NCBI GenBank assembly: GCA_964016885.1
Contig: OZ024745.1
Span: 37,882,001 to 37,946,000, forward strand
Direction of reading: 5' to 3'
Length of the DNA: 64,000 nt
Origin: Eledone cirrhosa
Lineage: Eukaryota
Made by a program: the position numbers and the translations under genes. Each line of letters begins with the position of its first letter. Within the stretch, counting starts at the first letter, position 1. Positions 1 to 17,077 of the stretch are shown piece by piece. Under the pieces are notes generated by a model that searched no databases, was not told the origin of the DNA, and worked only from the letters and a program-made list of their open reading frames with translations.

Positions 1-3904
<3,904 letters not shown>

Positions 3905-4033
3905 ATGCATGTGTGTGTGTGTGCATGCATGTGTGTGCGTGTGCATGCGCATTTACATGTGCATGTGTATGTGTACGTCTGCGGGCGAGTCAGCAAGTAT
4001 GTACACACACACACGCACACACACACACACACA

Positions 4034-4124
<91 letters not shown>

Positions 4125-5269
4125 TATATGATGAGAGAGACAGAGAGTGGGTCATTTAAACTTATACTTTGCAGGTTTAGTCATTCGCTTCTGATGTTAA
4201 TTCCTGGAGTTATATTTATATGCCTACTCACAGGAGACTTCTTGGATTGATATATCATTTTGTTCTAGTCACCAGGGTTTTCCTAAACAACATAAGTCGC
4301 AGTATATCGCCTGTAATTATTTTATCAACTCCGAAAATCTGAATGTTAAAATATATCTGTTTGAATTTCAACATTATATGGAAAAAGAAGTAGCTAAAGA
4401 ACGCAAAGAGTTATGTCTGGAAATGTACAGATTTTGACATGCGCCCACTGACTATAGAACCACAGAGATTTATTTAATGAGATGTACCGTTTGTTTCGAC
4501 GATGAAAGTCCCATCAATAAGACCTCCTATTTTTGAAATTAATTAACTGAGCATTCCACACACACACACATGTAATTTAACGTAATTCTCGAGAAGATTG
4601 AGCTCGAAGGTTTGTGCGAAAAGGCTATCTATTTGAATTACAATAGATGGGCTTTCAAAGAACTCTGTCTCGCCAATTTCATTAAACCTAGTTTAACTCG
4701 AGGTTATGACAAATGACAGTTGCATAAGCTACTACACAGTGATTTTGAAACTAGGATTTTAAAATTGCGAAGGAAACTTCTTACCCGATCGATTATGTTG
4801 AGTGCGCAAAACTTAATAAGATATATAAAACTATCAATTAGATACACGAAAGACACCAATGTATTATAGAAAAAAATATACTGATTATCAGAGAATATGA
4901 CAATCCACCCATCTTTCCTCCGTGTGCAAAGAATCCAGGACCTCGATATGCAATATATTCTTTTCTAAAACTGTGGCCTTCAATTTGTCTACTATTTTTA
5001 GTAGATCAAGTGATTACGTAGAGGATCACTCCTTGATCCATATACAACATTATGAATTGTATTGTTGAAAACTGAGTCTTTTAGCCTGAATCACGGCTGA
5101 ATGACCGTGAGCTGAATCACTATGTATTAGTTACTGGCCTAAGATTTTATAAGTCAAACCTCTGTCATTTTCGATCGAGTCAATGCCAGATTTTTAGATT
5201 AATGTTTATGTAGCTGAATAGTAGGTAGACATACACACACTTAACTTAATTTTCATGTCGAATCAACGT

Positions 5270-5475
5270 GACATAATGTGTGACAAGCTTGGGCATTTTA
5301 ATTACAGGAATAATTCACATGACGAACTTCTACACAGTTTACTTCTACTCACTTTTATTCACAAGGAGGGGATCGACGCTTGGTTATGGCAAAATCACTT
5401 GCCCAAGTTGACATGTAGTTTGATAAAACCGGGACTTCGTAATTGTGAAGGAAACTTCTTAATTACTCAGTCATG
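5270..5475 (-). mobile_element. Old tRNA-derived SINE; related degraded copies near 4520-4790, 12050-12270, 18010-18280 and 34540-34760
   Basis: Reverse-strand tRNA-like head (gcatgactgagtaattaagaag...gtcccggttt) followed by a shared ttgggcaag body. Confidence 0.5.
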
Positions 5476-5699
5476 CCTGGGTCCCTAGATATTTAGCTAA
5501 GACAGATGAATACATAGAAAAATGTATGAATGATTCATTTTGAACATCTACTTATTCGGTTCTTTTGACCAAAATACAAAGGTTTCATATTTTAGTGGAA
5601 AAGAGACAGAGCTGTGGTGATATTCATGCCTTTCTTAATGATATATTGAGCTTAAATTAAACGAAGAGGTTTCAATCAAGATTTTAAATTACATAACTC

Positions 5700-5808
5700 C
5701 TTTTGAAAGCTCATAACTCTCTCTCTGAAAGCACATAGGTCTCTCTAAAAGCCAATAACTCTCTCTAAACACACCGTTGTCTCTGAAAGCATATCACTAT
5801 CTCTGGAC
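5700..5808. repeat. Degenerate ~20-nt minisatellite (CTCTCTGAAAGCxxATAxxT, about 5 units)
   Basis: Repeated ctctctgaaagc/ctctctaaaagc units. Confidence 0.55.
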
Positions 5809-5851
5809 CTTATTTCCGTGCAACAATATGATGTTCAAGAAATGTACTTAC

Positions 5852-5923
5852 AGATATTGGATGGATTTTAACCCAGCGAACATTCCGTTACTCAATCTGG
5901 TAAATCTGTTTTGCCGCAATATT
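5852..5923 (-). CDS. LRR exon 6 (72 nt, phase 2-2)
   Basis: Acceptor ctttacAG, donor GTAAGT; encodes ILRQNRFTRLSNGMFAGLKSIQY(L); remaining LRR and TM exons presumably lie left of the window. Confidence 0.9.
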
Positions 5924-6262
5924 CTGTAAAGGTAAAGAAAATATTTCATTTCTAAGTTAAACACATAGAAACATATTTATATGATTAAATCCCTCGAATT
6001 TCTATGCTCCTGTTTTACCTGCTAGAAACAGCAGCCAAGTCGTCCATATCGATATGGAAAGGGAAGTACACGCTAGATAATGTAGTCCCAGATATACAAA
6101 AGCTATATAGATATACAGGAACGCAGCCATAAACATTTAAAACTTTCTAAAATTGCTAATATTAATTGATCATCTTGTTCATTAAAAATAATGAATCACA
6201 ATAAGAATAATAACAACATGGTTAGGGGTTATTAGAAATATAAGCAAAGAGTGATTACTTAC

Positions 6263-6334
6263 AGTTGGTGTAGCAGAATCAATGATTGGAAAGAATTTGG
6301 TTCAATAGAGCTTATTTTGTTGTTGACCAAATAT
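6263..6334 (-). CDS. LRR exon 5 (72 nt, phase 2-2)
   Basis: Acceptor tttgcAG, donor GTAAGT; encodes YLVNNKISSIEPNSFQSLILLHQ(L). Confidence 0.9.
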
Positions 6335-6429
6335 CTGCAAATGACAGTGAAATATTCAAAACAAAATGAAATATAAATTAATATAATATAATATTTATTT
6401 GATATGCTACGAATTACTATAACTGCGGT

Positions 6430-7430
6430 TACTCGCCACTGAGTATGGTTTGTAGTAATTGCCATGCTTTCGTTAAGTGTTTTAAGTATACATGCCATTG
6501 CGAGCAGACGCAGATCAACACCCCTACACTGCATTCCGACAGCCCCCCACACACATCATTTATCCTTCTCAATATCAAAGATGTGACAAATAAAGGTAGA
6601 ACAGCTGGCGTTAGCACCGAGAGGGTGATGTTTTTATCAACGCCACAGCCATGCGTGGACGTTACACGCTTCGCTTCCAAGCTCAGCTAAGCATACCTGG
6701 ATTGAGGAGATAGCAAAAGGTTAAACGACATAACAATATTCCCGTTCTTCGTTGGTAGAACTCTCATCTGGGATGCTATATACTATGACAGCTTCTATAC
6801 GAGCAATCTGCTACATTCTTTGAGTAACGCAGGTTTCGCTGCTCGTCATGCCGAAGAGGGCAAACTCTCGATATATCGTTAGCCCTCCAATAAGGTTGTG
6901 GGCAAACCTGTAGCAATAACGACGTTCCACATCCCTACTCAATACTATCGAGGATGAGGTGACTACCCCCAAGACCGAGCACTGTTGGTTGGAATGGCTC
7001 TTTCAACGCATCTCAATCACCATTCTCCATGCTGGGAACACGAGTTGGCCTGCACTTGGGCTCCCACACAAAATAGAACGCTCCCCCTCTCAGTCCACGC
7101 CCGTATCACTGGTATACGGATACTATGCTGTTCTATTTATGGAAAAGATCGATGCTATAATAACCGAGATTGTAAACAAGCTTTAGTAGTCGTTTCCCTA
7201 TCGGGGAGCAGTTAAACACCAACAGAAGAAAACACCGGCAATTGGAATGGTTATGCAAATGTATATCCCCCGCCTTTCTCCGGGGCATCGTTTTCTTTAA
7301 TCTGTCTGCTGGGACCACGAGGCTCCCTGCAAATAGCCTGCCACACACATGAAAATGCACCCCCACTCCGGCAGGGCCCGCTTCAGTAGGGGAGCGATGG
7401 TGAATTGTGCTGTTAGTTGTAGGACACAAT
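6430..7430 (+). mobile_element. Degraded CRE-like non-LTR retrotransposon fragment (restriction-like endonuclease C-terminus)
   Basis: Translates KRLNDITIFPFFVGRTLIWDA, AARHAEEGK and WLFQRISITIL, resembling the RPDG/WDAT/QRIS motifs of CRE elements. Confidence 0.55.
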
Positions 7431-7586
7431 ACACTAAAAAGGCCAATATCACTTAAACTATATTCTTAGTATTTTATTTTATGAAACAATGAAAGTTAAC
7501 GTGAAATTCAACGAGATATTAATTGAGAACACAGATGCCGGACAAAATAACCAAAGCCCTAACGACTCTTTGTGCTCACACACACA

Positions 7587-7739
<153 letters not shown>

Positions 7740-7936
7740 TATATATATGTATATATATATATATATACGGGGTAACAGATTATTGTTGTAGGTAGTCCAC
7801 TTAGGTGTAGTCCAGGTAGGGTACTCCGAGTAGTGGATATCAACGCTTGGCTAAGTTTGACTCAACAAGGCGTTTCCATAGTGATGCTGCGAGTACGCGG
7901 TAATTCCTATGTTGTTAACACTTGGAGTAATGATAA

Positions 7937-8185
7937 ATCAGGAAAGAAGAGTGACACGGTTTGCTATACAAAAAAGGTTTTTAATCTCATTGCTGACAAT
8001 TGTTTCTCTGAACTGGTAGGTCTAGAGATCGCTACCCGCTTGTTTTCACGTTATTCGATCACCAATACATAGTTATAACATATAATAGCGGGTAGCGATC
8101 TCTAGACCTACCAGTTCAGAGAAACAATTGTTAGCAATGAGATTAAAAACCTTTTTTGTATAGCAAACCGTGTCACTCTTCTTTC

Positions 8186-8190
<5 letters not shown>
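7937..8190. repeat. Fold-back palindrome, 104-bp arms (7937-8040 / 8087-8190), one mismatch; tail 7768-7936
   Basis: Direct reverse-complement match; (TA)n on both outer sides. Confidence 0.93.
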
Positions 8191-8217
<27 letters not shown>

Positions 8218-8310
8218 CTGGTAGAACATTGGAAGGTAATATCCCTAGTGGTGGAGCACTCAGTCCATGGGACGAGTTAGGTAGAACCACTTATATATAT
8301 ATATATATAA

Positions 8311-8342
<32 letters not shown>

Positions 8343-9898
8343 GTGTGAGCGTGTATGTATGTGTGTGTATGTATGTGTGTGTGCCTATAGTTAAAAGTAG
8401 AAAGAAGAAATAGAAAAACTACATATTTACAAGACATCAACAAACTTACAATTCACGGAGACTACTCAGATTTTCAAAGTAGTGTCTTTTGATAGAAGTT
8501 AACCCGTTACCGTTAAGAAACCTGTAAAAATAAAGAGGTTAGAACACTCTCAGTTTGTATTATTGCCAAGTAACAGGACGTAAAGTCAGTGACCTGGTAG
8601 AGTTATTAGTATGGAAAATAGTATGTGTTGAGTTTAACTATGTCTTTTATCCTTTGGTGGAGGATAAATAAAGTGGTAGTAAAGTTTTGGGGGCAGTTAT
8701 TCTCTCTATGACTCATTTTTTCTTTGTACTTCTTTCTACTGCTGCTTCCCCACCAGCTTCTTTCTCGCTTTTTATCTTTCTCAATCTCTTAATCAGTTAC
8801 GTTGCGCCACGAGAAGGGTCATAGGAGATCACTCACATAGTCCTTTCCTTCTGAAAAGTTTGCAGCAAGAGGTAGGTTAGAAACGGATTCTCATGAAAAA
8901 AATCCCATCCAAAAACTCACCGGGCTCGCGTAAAACAATAAAAGTAAAGAAAAGAGAAATCAGTAATTTACTTTCTTAATTCTCTTCATATATTTTTGTA
9001 TTTGATTGATCTGGAAGAAGGCTCTGTACCAATCCCTTTCGCAGGTCCCACGACAGCAGTGAGCTCATAGCAGTCAACGTTCCTATCGAATACTTGACGG
9101 CTGCAGAAACAACAAGGATTTCTATAAAGTCAACCGTCTTGAAAGGAAGAACTGGGCATAATGATGTTTGCAGGATCTTCGTGGTGAACGCCATTATGGG
9201 TGATAAGAAGAGGAAAGAAGTTTGATTTGAGAATACACGAGTGATAGCGACATGAGTTAAAACTGAGAAGCAGAGGTCATTTATACTAACGGAAGAAAGG
9301 AGAGAGAAAATGTGTGTATGAACTAGCAGCACTCTCTCTGATGTGGAGCAGTACACAATTGTGAATCTCACATGAAATTTGTATAGGCTCAGTAATTGTG
9401 AGTGTGCATGTGTGTATGTTTATATGAGAGTGGTGAAGACTGGATATTATGCTAAGATTAAAGCAACTCCTCCTATTCCTGTTTATATTTTCTATGAATA
9501 AATACATTTTTTCAACAATATATAATTATTTCTAATATGGACACAATGTTAGAAATTGCGTGAGGTGGAAAGTGGATTCAATTAACACCAATTCTGAACA
9601 GATATTTATTTATCGACAAGGCGAGAATGAAATACGGTCATTTGTACGCTAAAAGAATAATCGAGTGACAGATGAAATGTCTATGAGGTCGCACTACATG
9701 CATGAAATAACCACCAAACCTCTCAAAACCTTAGAACGAAAGATATGTTGGATCATGTTTATATGAGATTCCGTCAGTATCAATTATCCTTTGAAAAATA
9801 AGAAAAAGATGGTATTGCCATGTTTATGATCATAGATGTGTTCAATCAGGTATGATTTGGGGTTAAATGACAACAACAATAAAGAAAATGCTACATAC

Positions 9899-9970
9899 AG
9901 TTGTGTGAGGCTATTAGTTCCACGGAAGGCGGCTGGTTGTATTGTTTTGATTCGGTTTTTTCGCAGAGAT
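9899..9970 (-). CDS. LRR exon 4 (72 nt, phase 2-2)
   Basis: Acceptor ttttcatAG, donor GTATGT; encodes SLRKNRIKTIQPAAFRGTNSLTQ(L). Confidence 0.9.
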
Positions 9971-10420
9971 CTATGAAAAACGAGATAAAAAAGAAAAAAA
10001 TACTTGGTAAATAAAATAAGGGTTGGAGATACTCCGTCGGACGATGAATATTCAGTTATTTGATTTATAAACATACATGAGAATGGTTCAGTATTGTATA
10101 GACACGGGGTTAACTTCCATGCTTGCGACCATATACTAAAAAGAACCAGAATGGTCACTACATTCTATGACAGGTCAATAGTTTGGACGTATTGTCCATG
10201 GAAATTTAGCTGTGAAACTCATTTACTTTATCCACTTGTGTCATTTTCAAAACGATACTAAATACATGTATATTAAAGTTTATTATCGTTTACGATTTCC
10301 ATATATTTATTTATCCTACCTGATCGTTTACGTTCTTTGTTTCATATATATAGTCTAAAGTCTGTCTTAAGCCAGAAGGCTCATTTGGCCGGTGCCAAAT
10401 GAGCCTTCTGGCTTCCCCAC

Positions 10421-10458
<38 letters not shown>

Positions 10459-10519
10459 GGGGGAAAGAAGAATCATCAACCCCAGTATTGTACTGATACT
10501 ATATTTATCGACATCGAAA

Positions 10520-10708
10520 TAATTGTTTCTACTTTAGGCACAAGGCCAGCAATTAACCAGTGCATTACTGGTACTTTATTTTATCGACCCCGTAAGGATG
10601 AAAGGCAAAGTCAACCTCGGCAGGATTTGAACTCAGATCGTAAAGGGACGTAACTATGCTGGAAAGCATGGCGTCCGACCCTCCACCGATACTGCCAATC
10701 CACCGCCC
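10520..10708 (-). mobile_element. tRNA-derived SINE with a GCCTTTCATCCTT..GGGGTCGATAAA central domain (Meta/Sauria-SINE-like)
   Basis: Reverse-strand A/B boxes (TGGCAGTATCGG, GAGTTCAAATCC); close copies at 57375, 58298, 60207, 60432 and 63402. Confidence 0.85.
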
Positions 10709-11225
10709 CGAATCCTATCGACATCGAAATAATGACAGCAGGTTTTAAATTCATTACGTTGAGAGCCAGAAGGAGTGTCGCAAAAGTTTCTTTCTGACAT
10801 TCTACCGTCAATACTAATACACCGCCTGATTATTAATAATGGTTAATCAAAGCATATTATCCTAGAAATTCACATCCGCATTAAGAAATTTTTCATGTAG
10901 AAATTATTCCTATACAATATCTAACACGGCTGCCTCGTTGAATTCAAGACGTGTTTCAGGATATTGTTTTGATATAGCTAATTAATATTTATACGCACCG
11001 TTTAATTATCACTGTTAACACTCATTAATTTCAGTTACTTTATTTTATTCACCGACGAGGAAACATTACTGATAATTTAACACATAAACTCACTTACACA
11101 CACACACATACAAACATGTGCAAACACACACACGTACACACATGCTTGCGTATCAGCTATATGGGTAATTTAATGTAATACACACACACATATATATATT
11201 TAAGAGGGAGACTGAGAGGGTAGAT

Positions 11226-11303
<78 letters not shown>

Positions 11304-13933
11304 AAATATTCCACTGAAACGTTCATACCATTCAATGGTTTAAAAGATTTTAAAGTAGATTAAATTTGACAATATCGAATGGGATGAGCCTCCAGAAACT
11401 TTTCTTTTCGATTACATGAAACCTCTTAATAAAAGCGGTTCTATTAGCTCACTTGATTAAGCCTTTTATTACTTCTAATATTGGTCTTAAATGCACTTGT
11501 TAACTATTGGCAGCTCACATTTGGAGGTTTGTTTAATCTTCATTTGGAAATTGGAGTGGGAATTGTTCTTGCGGGCAATGAGAATAATGTAAGTATTGCG
11601 CATGGCAAACTGTTCCATGCCACCTCCTACATTTAACTGAGAAGCTAAATGTTCACTTTTGCATTCATGGTGATATTGGCACTGTAGGTCTCTCTGTATA
11701 TTTTATTGTTGTTATTTTATATGTATAATCTAGTAGTATATCTATCTGCCTATAATAATTTCTATCAACCCACTCCATCCACTCATACAAACATACAATC
11801 ACACATACATATATAAAGATCAATAAACATCTACTCACAATTTTACTAGTTTATACAATTGGTTGAATGTATTCGCAGGTATTTCTGTCAACCAATTCTG
11901 GTCCAGGTTTCTGAAAGGCACATACATTATTTAAACAGTCACATATTGTTATAACGACTCTTAAAAATACGTTAAACATTTACACCTCCCCCCACCACAA
12001 ACACCTGATAATTGGTTATCCACATCTTCGGAGATGATCATCCTTTTGTTTAATCAACTGAAAAAATGTGTGATAAGCCAGAACCTTTGAATTACAGGTT
12101 AAATCTACTTGACGGTCTTCTACACAGTTTCCATTTACCCAATGTTTCTCACATGACACGTCAACTCGAGGCTATGAGAAAGAAATTTGCCTAAGATGTT
12201 AACCTCTGAGAAGGAACTCGGGACCTCATGATTGCGAAGCAATATTCTTAACCATTCAGCCATGGTTGCATTCACCCTCCACACACATACAGACTGACAG
12301 ACAATTACACGCACGTACACAGACACATACACACACGCAGTCCCCCCCACACACACTCAACACGCAGATTGAAGTATACAATCGGACGATTGTGTACATA
12401 TAGTAGAAATTATTTATTCGTTTTTGGCGAATGAATACAGGTGAGCGACATATGACGGTGTGTCTCTATAGACTATATCTGGTTCTAGGAGAGAACAGAC
12501 TCGGGGTTACCGAGGATGAAAATAACGCTGAGAGATGAAGGTAGTGTGAGTTGAGAAATATTAAATATTTAATCTATCGTCTGGTTGAACATCACTAGCA
12601 GGCTTTTAGGTCACATACACTGTCAATAAAAAAACAATATACCTGAAAACACGGGGTGTAGTGGTTAGCGTTACATATCGTGTCCTTGAGCAATGTACTT
12701 GATCCTGTCCACTTAGATGGAAAATCATACTAGTTTAGAGGGACTTAGAAGCATTCAGCATCAGTAATATGCTAATATCTAGTCAATCGACTCTATTAAT
12801 TTGGATAATTGGCAGAATCGATAGTGCGCAGAACAAAATGCGTTGTAATATATATTTCGGCTTTCTGATTTCAAGTCTCGCGGAGGTAAAATTTGCCTTT
12901 CATCCTTTCAGGGTCTATGAAATAAGAATAGAACTGCGAAACTTTTGAGTTCTTACTTCAAATCCAGCTATAGCGTACATGGATGGTAGACTTAATCCGC
13001 TTGAGTCAATACCTCCTCATAGAGGACTCCATTCTTTAGAATTTTTTAGCGTCAGGTCTCTCTTGTAAGCATTGGAGTCAGATCTCCTTCCAGTTTTGAA
13101 CGCCTAGAAAAGAGCTATGGGGATTACGCCTCTCTCGCTGATTAAACAGCAAGAAAAATCAATATATTCTTACAAAAAGGAATGGCTTCTATTAGTAATT
13201 GACGAAAAAAGGCCATGATTTAATTCTGTAATAAAATACTATTTACATTTCATGAGTAAATAACAAATGAAATAGAATATTGTTAAAAATAAACCGAAAA
13301 CAGTCCTAACCTAAAATCATATTATGTATAATAAATCTCAGTTTGTGATATAAAATACAACTTGTTCACTGCCAAAGTGTCTGTTGTTCGTAACTCTCTT
13401 AAATTGGTGCTTATGTCTGAATATCAGTTTACATTGGAAATAATGTGTAATTAGAAATAGAATATGTTTGTATATGTATTTGTTTTTGCGAAAACACTTG
13501 GTGTGAGATATTGTTGAAACTGATATTGTGGTACTTTGAGAGAGTCATACTACGAATTAAAAACACACGCACCGGTTGGTTTTCATATCAAGTTTATTAA
13601 TTCATTGTATAACTAGTATATTGACCAATTAATTGAATGAGTAATTGGTTCGTCATATTCTGTTTGGTGAAATCTTTGAAGTTATCGATCAATGTGCGCC
13701 CTCATATATCTTATCCTTGTCCACCCCCCCCCCATGAGGTAAAGGTGTTGGATTTACGATTATAATGTCGTGGGTTCGATTCCTGAACTGGATTGCGTGT
13801 TGTATTCTTCAGCAGATTGTAACATACAATGATAGTTTCGAATAGCACAATAACCCTCCCAAAATACAATATCTCATCATTTGTTGTAAGCTGAAGAGAA
13901 GGAAGAAAGGAAAGCGGTAAAAAATATACTTAC

Positions 13934-14005
13934 ATATATTTTAGTGAGTTTTCTTTGGGAAACAAATTTGGGGGTAGTTCTTCTAGCTGGTTCAAGTTAA
14001 GCGAG
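13934..14005 (-). CDS. LRR exon 3 (72 nt, phase 2-2)
   Basis: Acceptor gaccAG, donor GTAAGT; encodes SLNLNQLEELPPNLFPKENSLKY(I). Confidence 0.88.
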
Positions 14006-14118
14006 CTGGTCAACATGGAAACAAAGAAGGATGTAATTTAGTAACCATTAAACATTTTAATTAGTAGACTGATAGAGATAAAGACTATATATCAATTACC
14101 CACTTTGGTTTGGTTGCT

Positions 14119-14442
14119 TCATCATCATCATCATCATCATCCTTATCATTGTCACCGTCATCACATTCCGAATTATTTTCATATTCATCAGTACCGTTAT
14201 CCTCATTACCGTAATACCCCACTCCTTCCCACCCATTCCTCCTTCACCGTCTTCATCCTCTTCCTCGCCCTTCTCATCATCAACATGGTCCCCATTGTCA
14301 TCGTCAGCTTCGTCACTATCATTATCATCATCATCATCGAGAGTATCATCAAACTCATCATCATCATCATCATCATCGATATCATTGTTGTTATCATCAT
14401 CATAATCATCATGATGCACGGCATTATCGTCGCCATCATCCT
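14119..14442. repeat. Degenerate (CAT)n trinucleotide repeat
   Basis: Runs of catcatcat that generate spurious poly-D/H/M/I ORFs. Confidence 0.85.
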
Positions 14443-15494
14443 GGTAGATTAAATATTCTCATTATTATGAATCAATATATTTAGCATGTACTGTTTGCGA
14501 AAGGAATAAAGTTGCGCTGAAAGGTACCTTACATACGGTTTCGATTCTAGGTTATAGACATTTTTCATTCACGTACAGCCCCCCAAAACCGTATCTAAGA
14601 AAGGTGTATGAACCCCGTAAAGTCCTAGTTATCCCCATGCCGACTGCATAAGACCTATTTGTTGAATAATGTAGAACCAACAATAAATTCCGGAAATACA
14701 TGTTGGGATAGTTAAGTGTAAATTGATGTAGTGGTTTCTAAAATAAATAGGTGATCACTTTATCGACATCAGGAGTATACAGAGGAAATATATGTTGTAT
14801 GAACCATACGTTTCCCACATATAGTAGTAGTGAGCGAATTGATAGAACCATTAGAGAACAGAACAAAATGCTTTGCAGCAATTGTTGTGAAACACGAGCA
14901 AATCCCACTGAGTTGAAACTTGCCTTTCTTTTATTTCAGGTCCATACAATATGGTAGCAGCCCAAGATGGTGCGCTGGTGAATTATTAGAACGGTTGTAT
15001 TTGTTGCGACCTTTTTGCGTTCTGAGTTTAAATCAGGAGAATTGGCTCAATTAATTTCTGAAACGTTTTAATGTTTAAAGAGGATGGGATATCTAATTTC
15101 CAGATTTTATGAAGCTGGTTACACGCTTCCTATATCAAGTCCTTGTGTGTGTTAAAAACGTTTTGTGAGTCCAGGATATGGGATACAAGGAATTACAATC
15201 TCCGGCTTGTTTGATTAAAGGATCCTTAAGAAATTTCAGTTCAGTTGGTTGAAGTGTTTTAGTTAGAAATTATGTTTTGCTATCCTTACAGTATAATCCG
15301 ATAGAACAATATCAGTGGTGGTAATATATATTGCCCTTAACAGTAATATGTATAGTTGTGAGATCGGTAAAATTAACTGAAAGAGCCGAACAACAAACGC
15401 AAGTTCAAGCCGAGTCGCAAAATCGATCTGCGAGGAGTTTACTATATAATTACTTTGATCACTGGTTACAGAAGAAAACAGAGACAGAACCGAA

Positions 15495-15529
<35 letters not shown>

Positions 15530-16701
15530 ATATATGAAGACATACTAGATATATACAATCAATTGTTAAATGCAATCAATTTTTCAGAAGAATCTACCAT
15601 TACCATACTTTAGTTGTCAGCAGACAAAACGATATAAATTCCTCCCAAGCGACTCGTTCTATTTTCACTACTTCGGTTACCTTTTTCTACTTGAGTGAAA
15701 AAGTCCATTCAGACAGACTATTACAAGTATTTAGTATTCATAGCATCATGTTATTTCCGTTATTTAATGAAACGTGAGTAAATAGATCAGGAAATTTGCG
15801 GTCGTCACAACCATCAAATATATCTTGTTTCTACACATACAAATATAAGCATATCAATACACATACAAATATACACTCTTGTACACTTATCTATCCATCC
15901 ATTTACACATGCTCACACACATAGAAAAATATACACAAACATATGCACTCATATATACGTACATGCACATGAATACATATATATACACGCGTATACACGA
16001 GTATGCATACATACACATACAATGACATAAATATCTGCTTAAAACAGCAATGTTGTTTGGAAATAGCAGAAGATAAACCAATTTACAACATTTTTTTTTT
16101 TTTTTATACTTGGTAAGTTTGGAAGAAGCAGTAGTACACCCAGTCTTCACAGGCCCGAGAATACTGGCGGGATTGATGCCGTTGTTGTTCTGTTTAAATT
16201 GTTGCAGATCCACTCCTTTGGAAAAGACATGAGTAATTTGGGAGTTCAAGATGGCCAACATTCTTGATATATGTGTAACATAGAGATTAAATCTAAAATG
16301 GAAAACGAGTGAAGTTGAGTCGTTTGTGCCCGAGTGGAGTGAGTTCTACTTGAATGAGTGAGATTTCCCGAGTGAAACAACTTTGGAATGTCTTAGTCAA
16401 GATTTCTTTGAGTGGGCTGAATCGAGAGTAATTTAGTGGAGTTATACCGGGCGTATCTGAGAGGGAAGTAGATAGGATCTACATGAGGTGAGTCAGGAGT
16501 GCTTGAGTGCGAGTGGATACCGATGATGTTGATATTTTCTTCTTTCCGGGTTATAGCTACTGTCGCCCAGAGAGTGGTATTGGCTCAGTGCACAGTCTTT
16601 CCTCACTTTAAAAAATATCTTCACGCACAGGCATTGCACGATATAATTAATTAATAATTATTAATAATAGTATAACGTGCAATGGCAGAGGGCAGCCATC
16701 A

Positions 16702-16732
<31 letters not shown>

Positions 16733-17005
16733 TTATGTATGTATTTATGTATATATGAATGTATTTAATTGACAATGACGCTGTCAATATTTTCTTGTTA
16801 GCCCTAGATCTTCTTACGCAACAATTCATTAGTCATTACCAGTGTTTACCGACTCGAAAGATTATTCATATAAATGACGTAATCATACCAAAAATGATAT
16901 AAGTTATATAAAAGCCGTAACTGTCACAATTTATTACCTTAACACTGATAGATCATTTAACTCGATGATTTCCCATCCCGAGATTATCAAGATAATAAAA
17001 CTCAC

Positions 17006-17077
17006 AGAGTCTCCAGATCAGGACAAGCATGAAAGACTTCTGATTCGAGAATCCGTAAATTGTTGTCATTGAGAGAG
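17006..17077 (-). CDS. LRR exon 2 (72 nt, phase 2-2)
   Basis: Acceptor tttccAG, donor GTGAGT; encodes SLNDNNLRILESEVFHACPDLET(L). Confidence 0.88.

Noticed and set aside
14096-14452. Acidic or poly-His ORFs
   Set aside because: Produced by a degenerate (CAT)n repeat inside an intron, with no splice or domain support.
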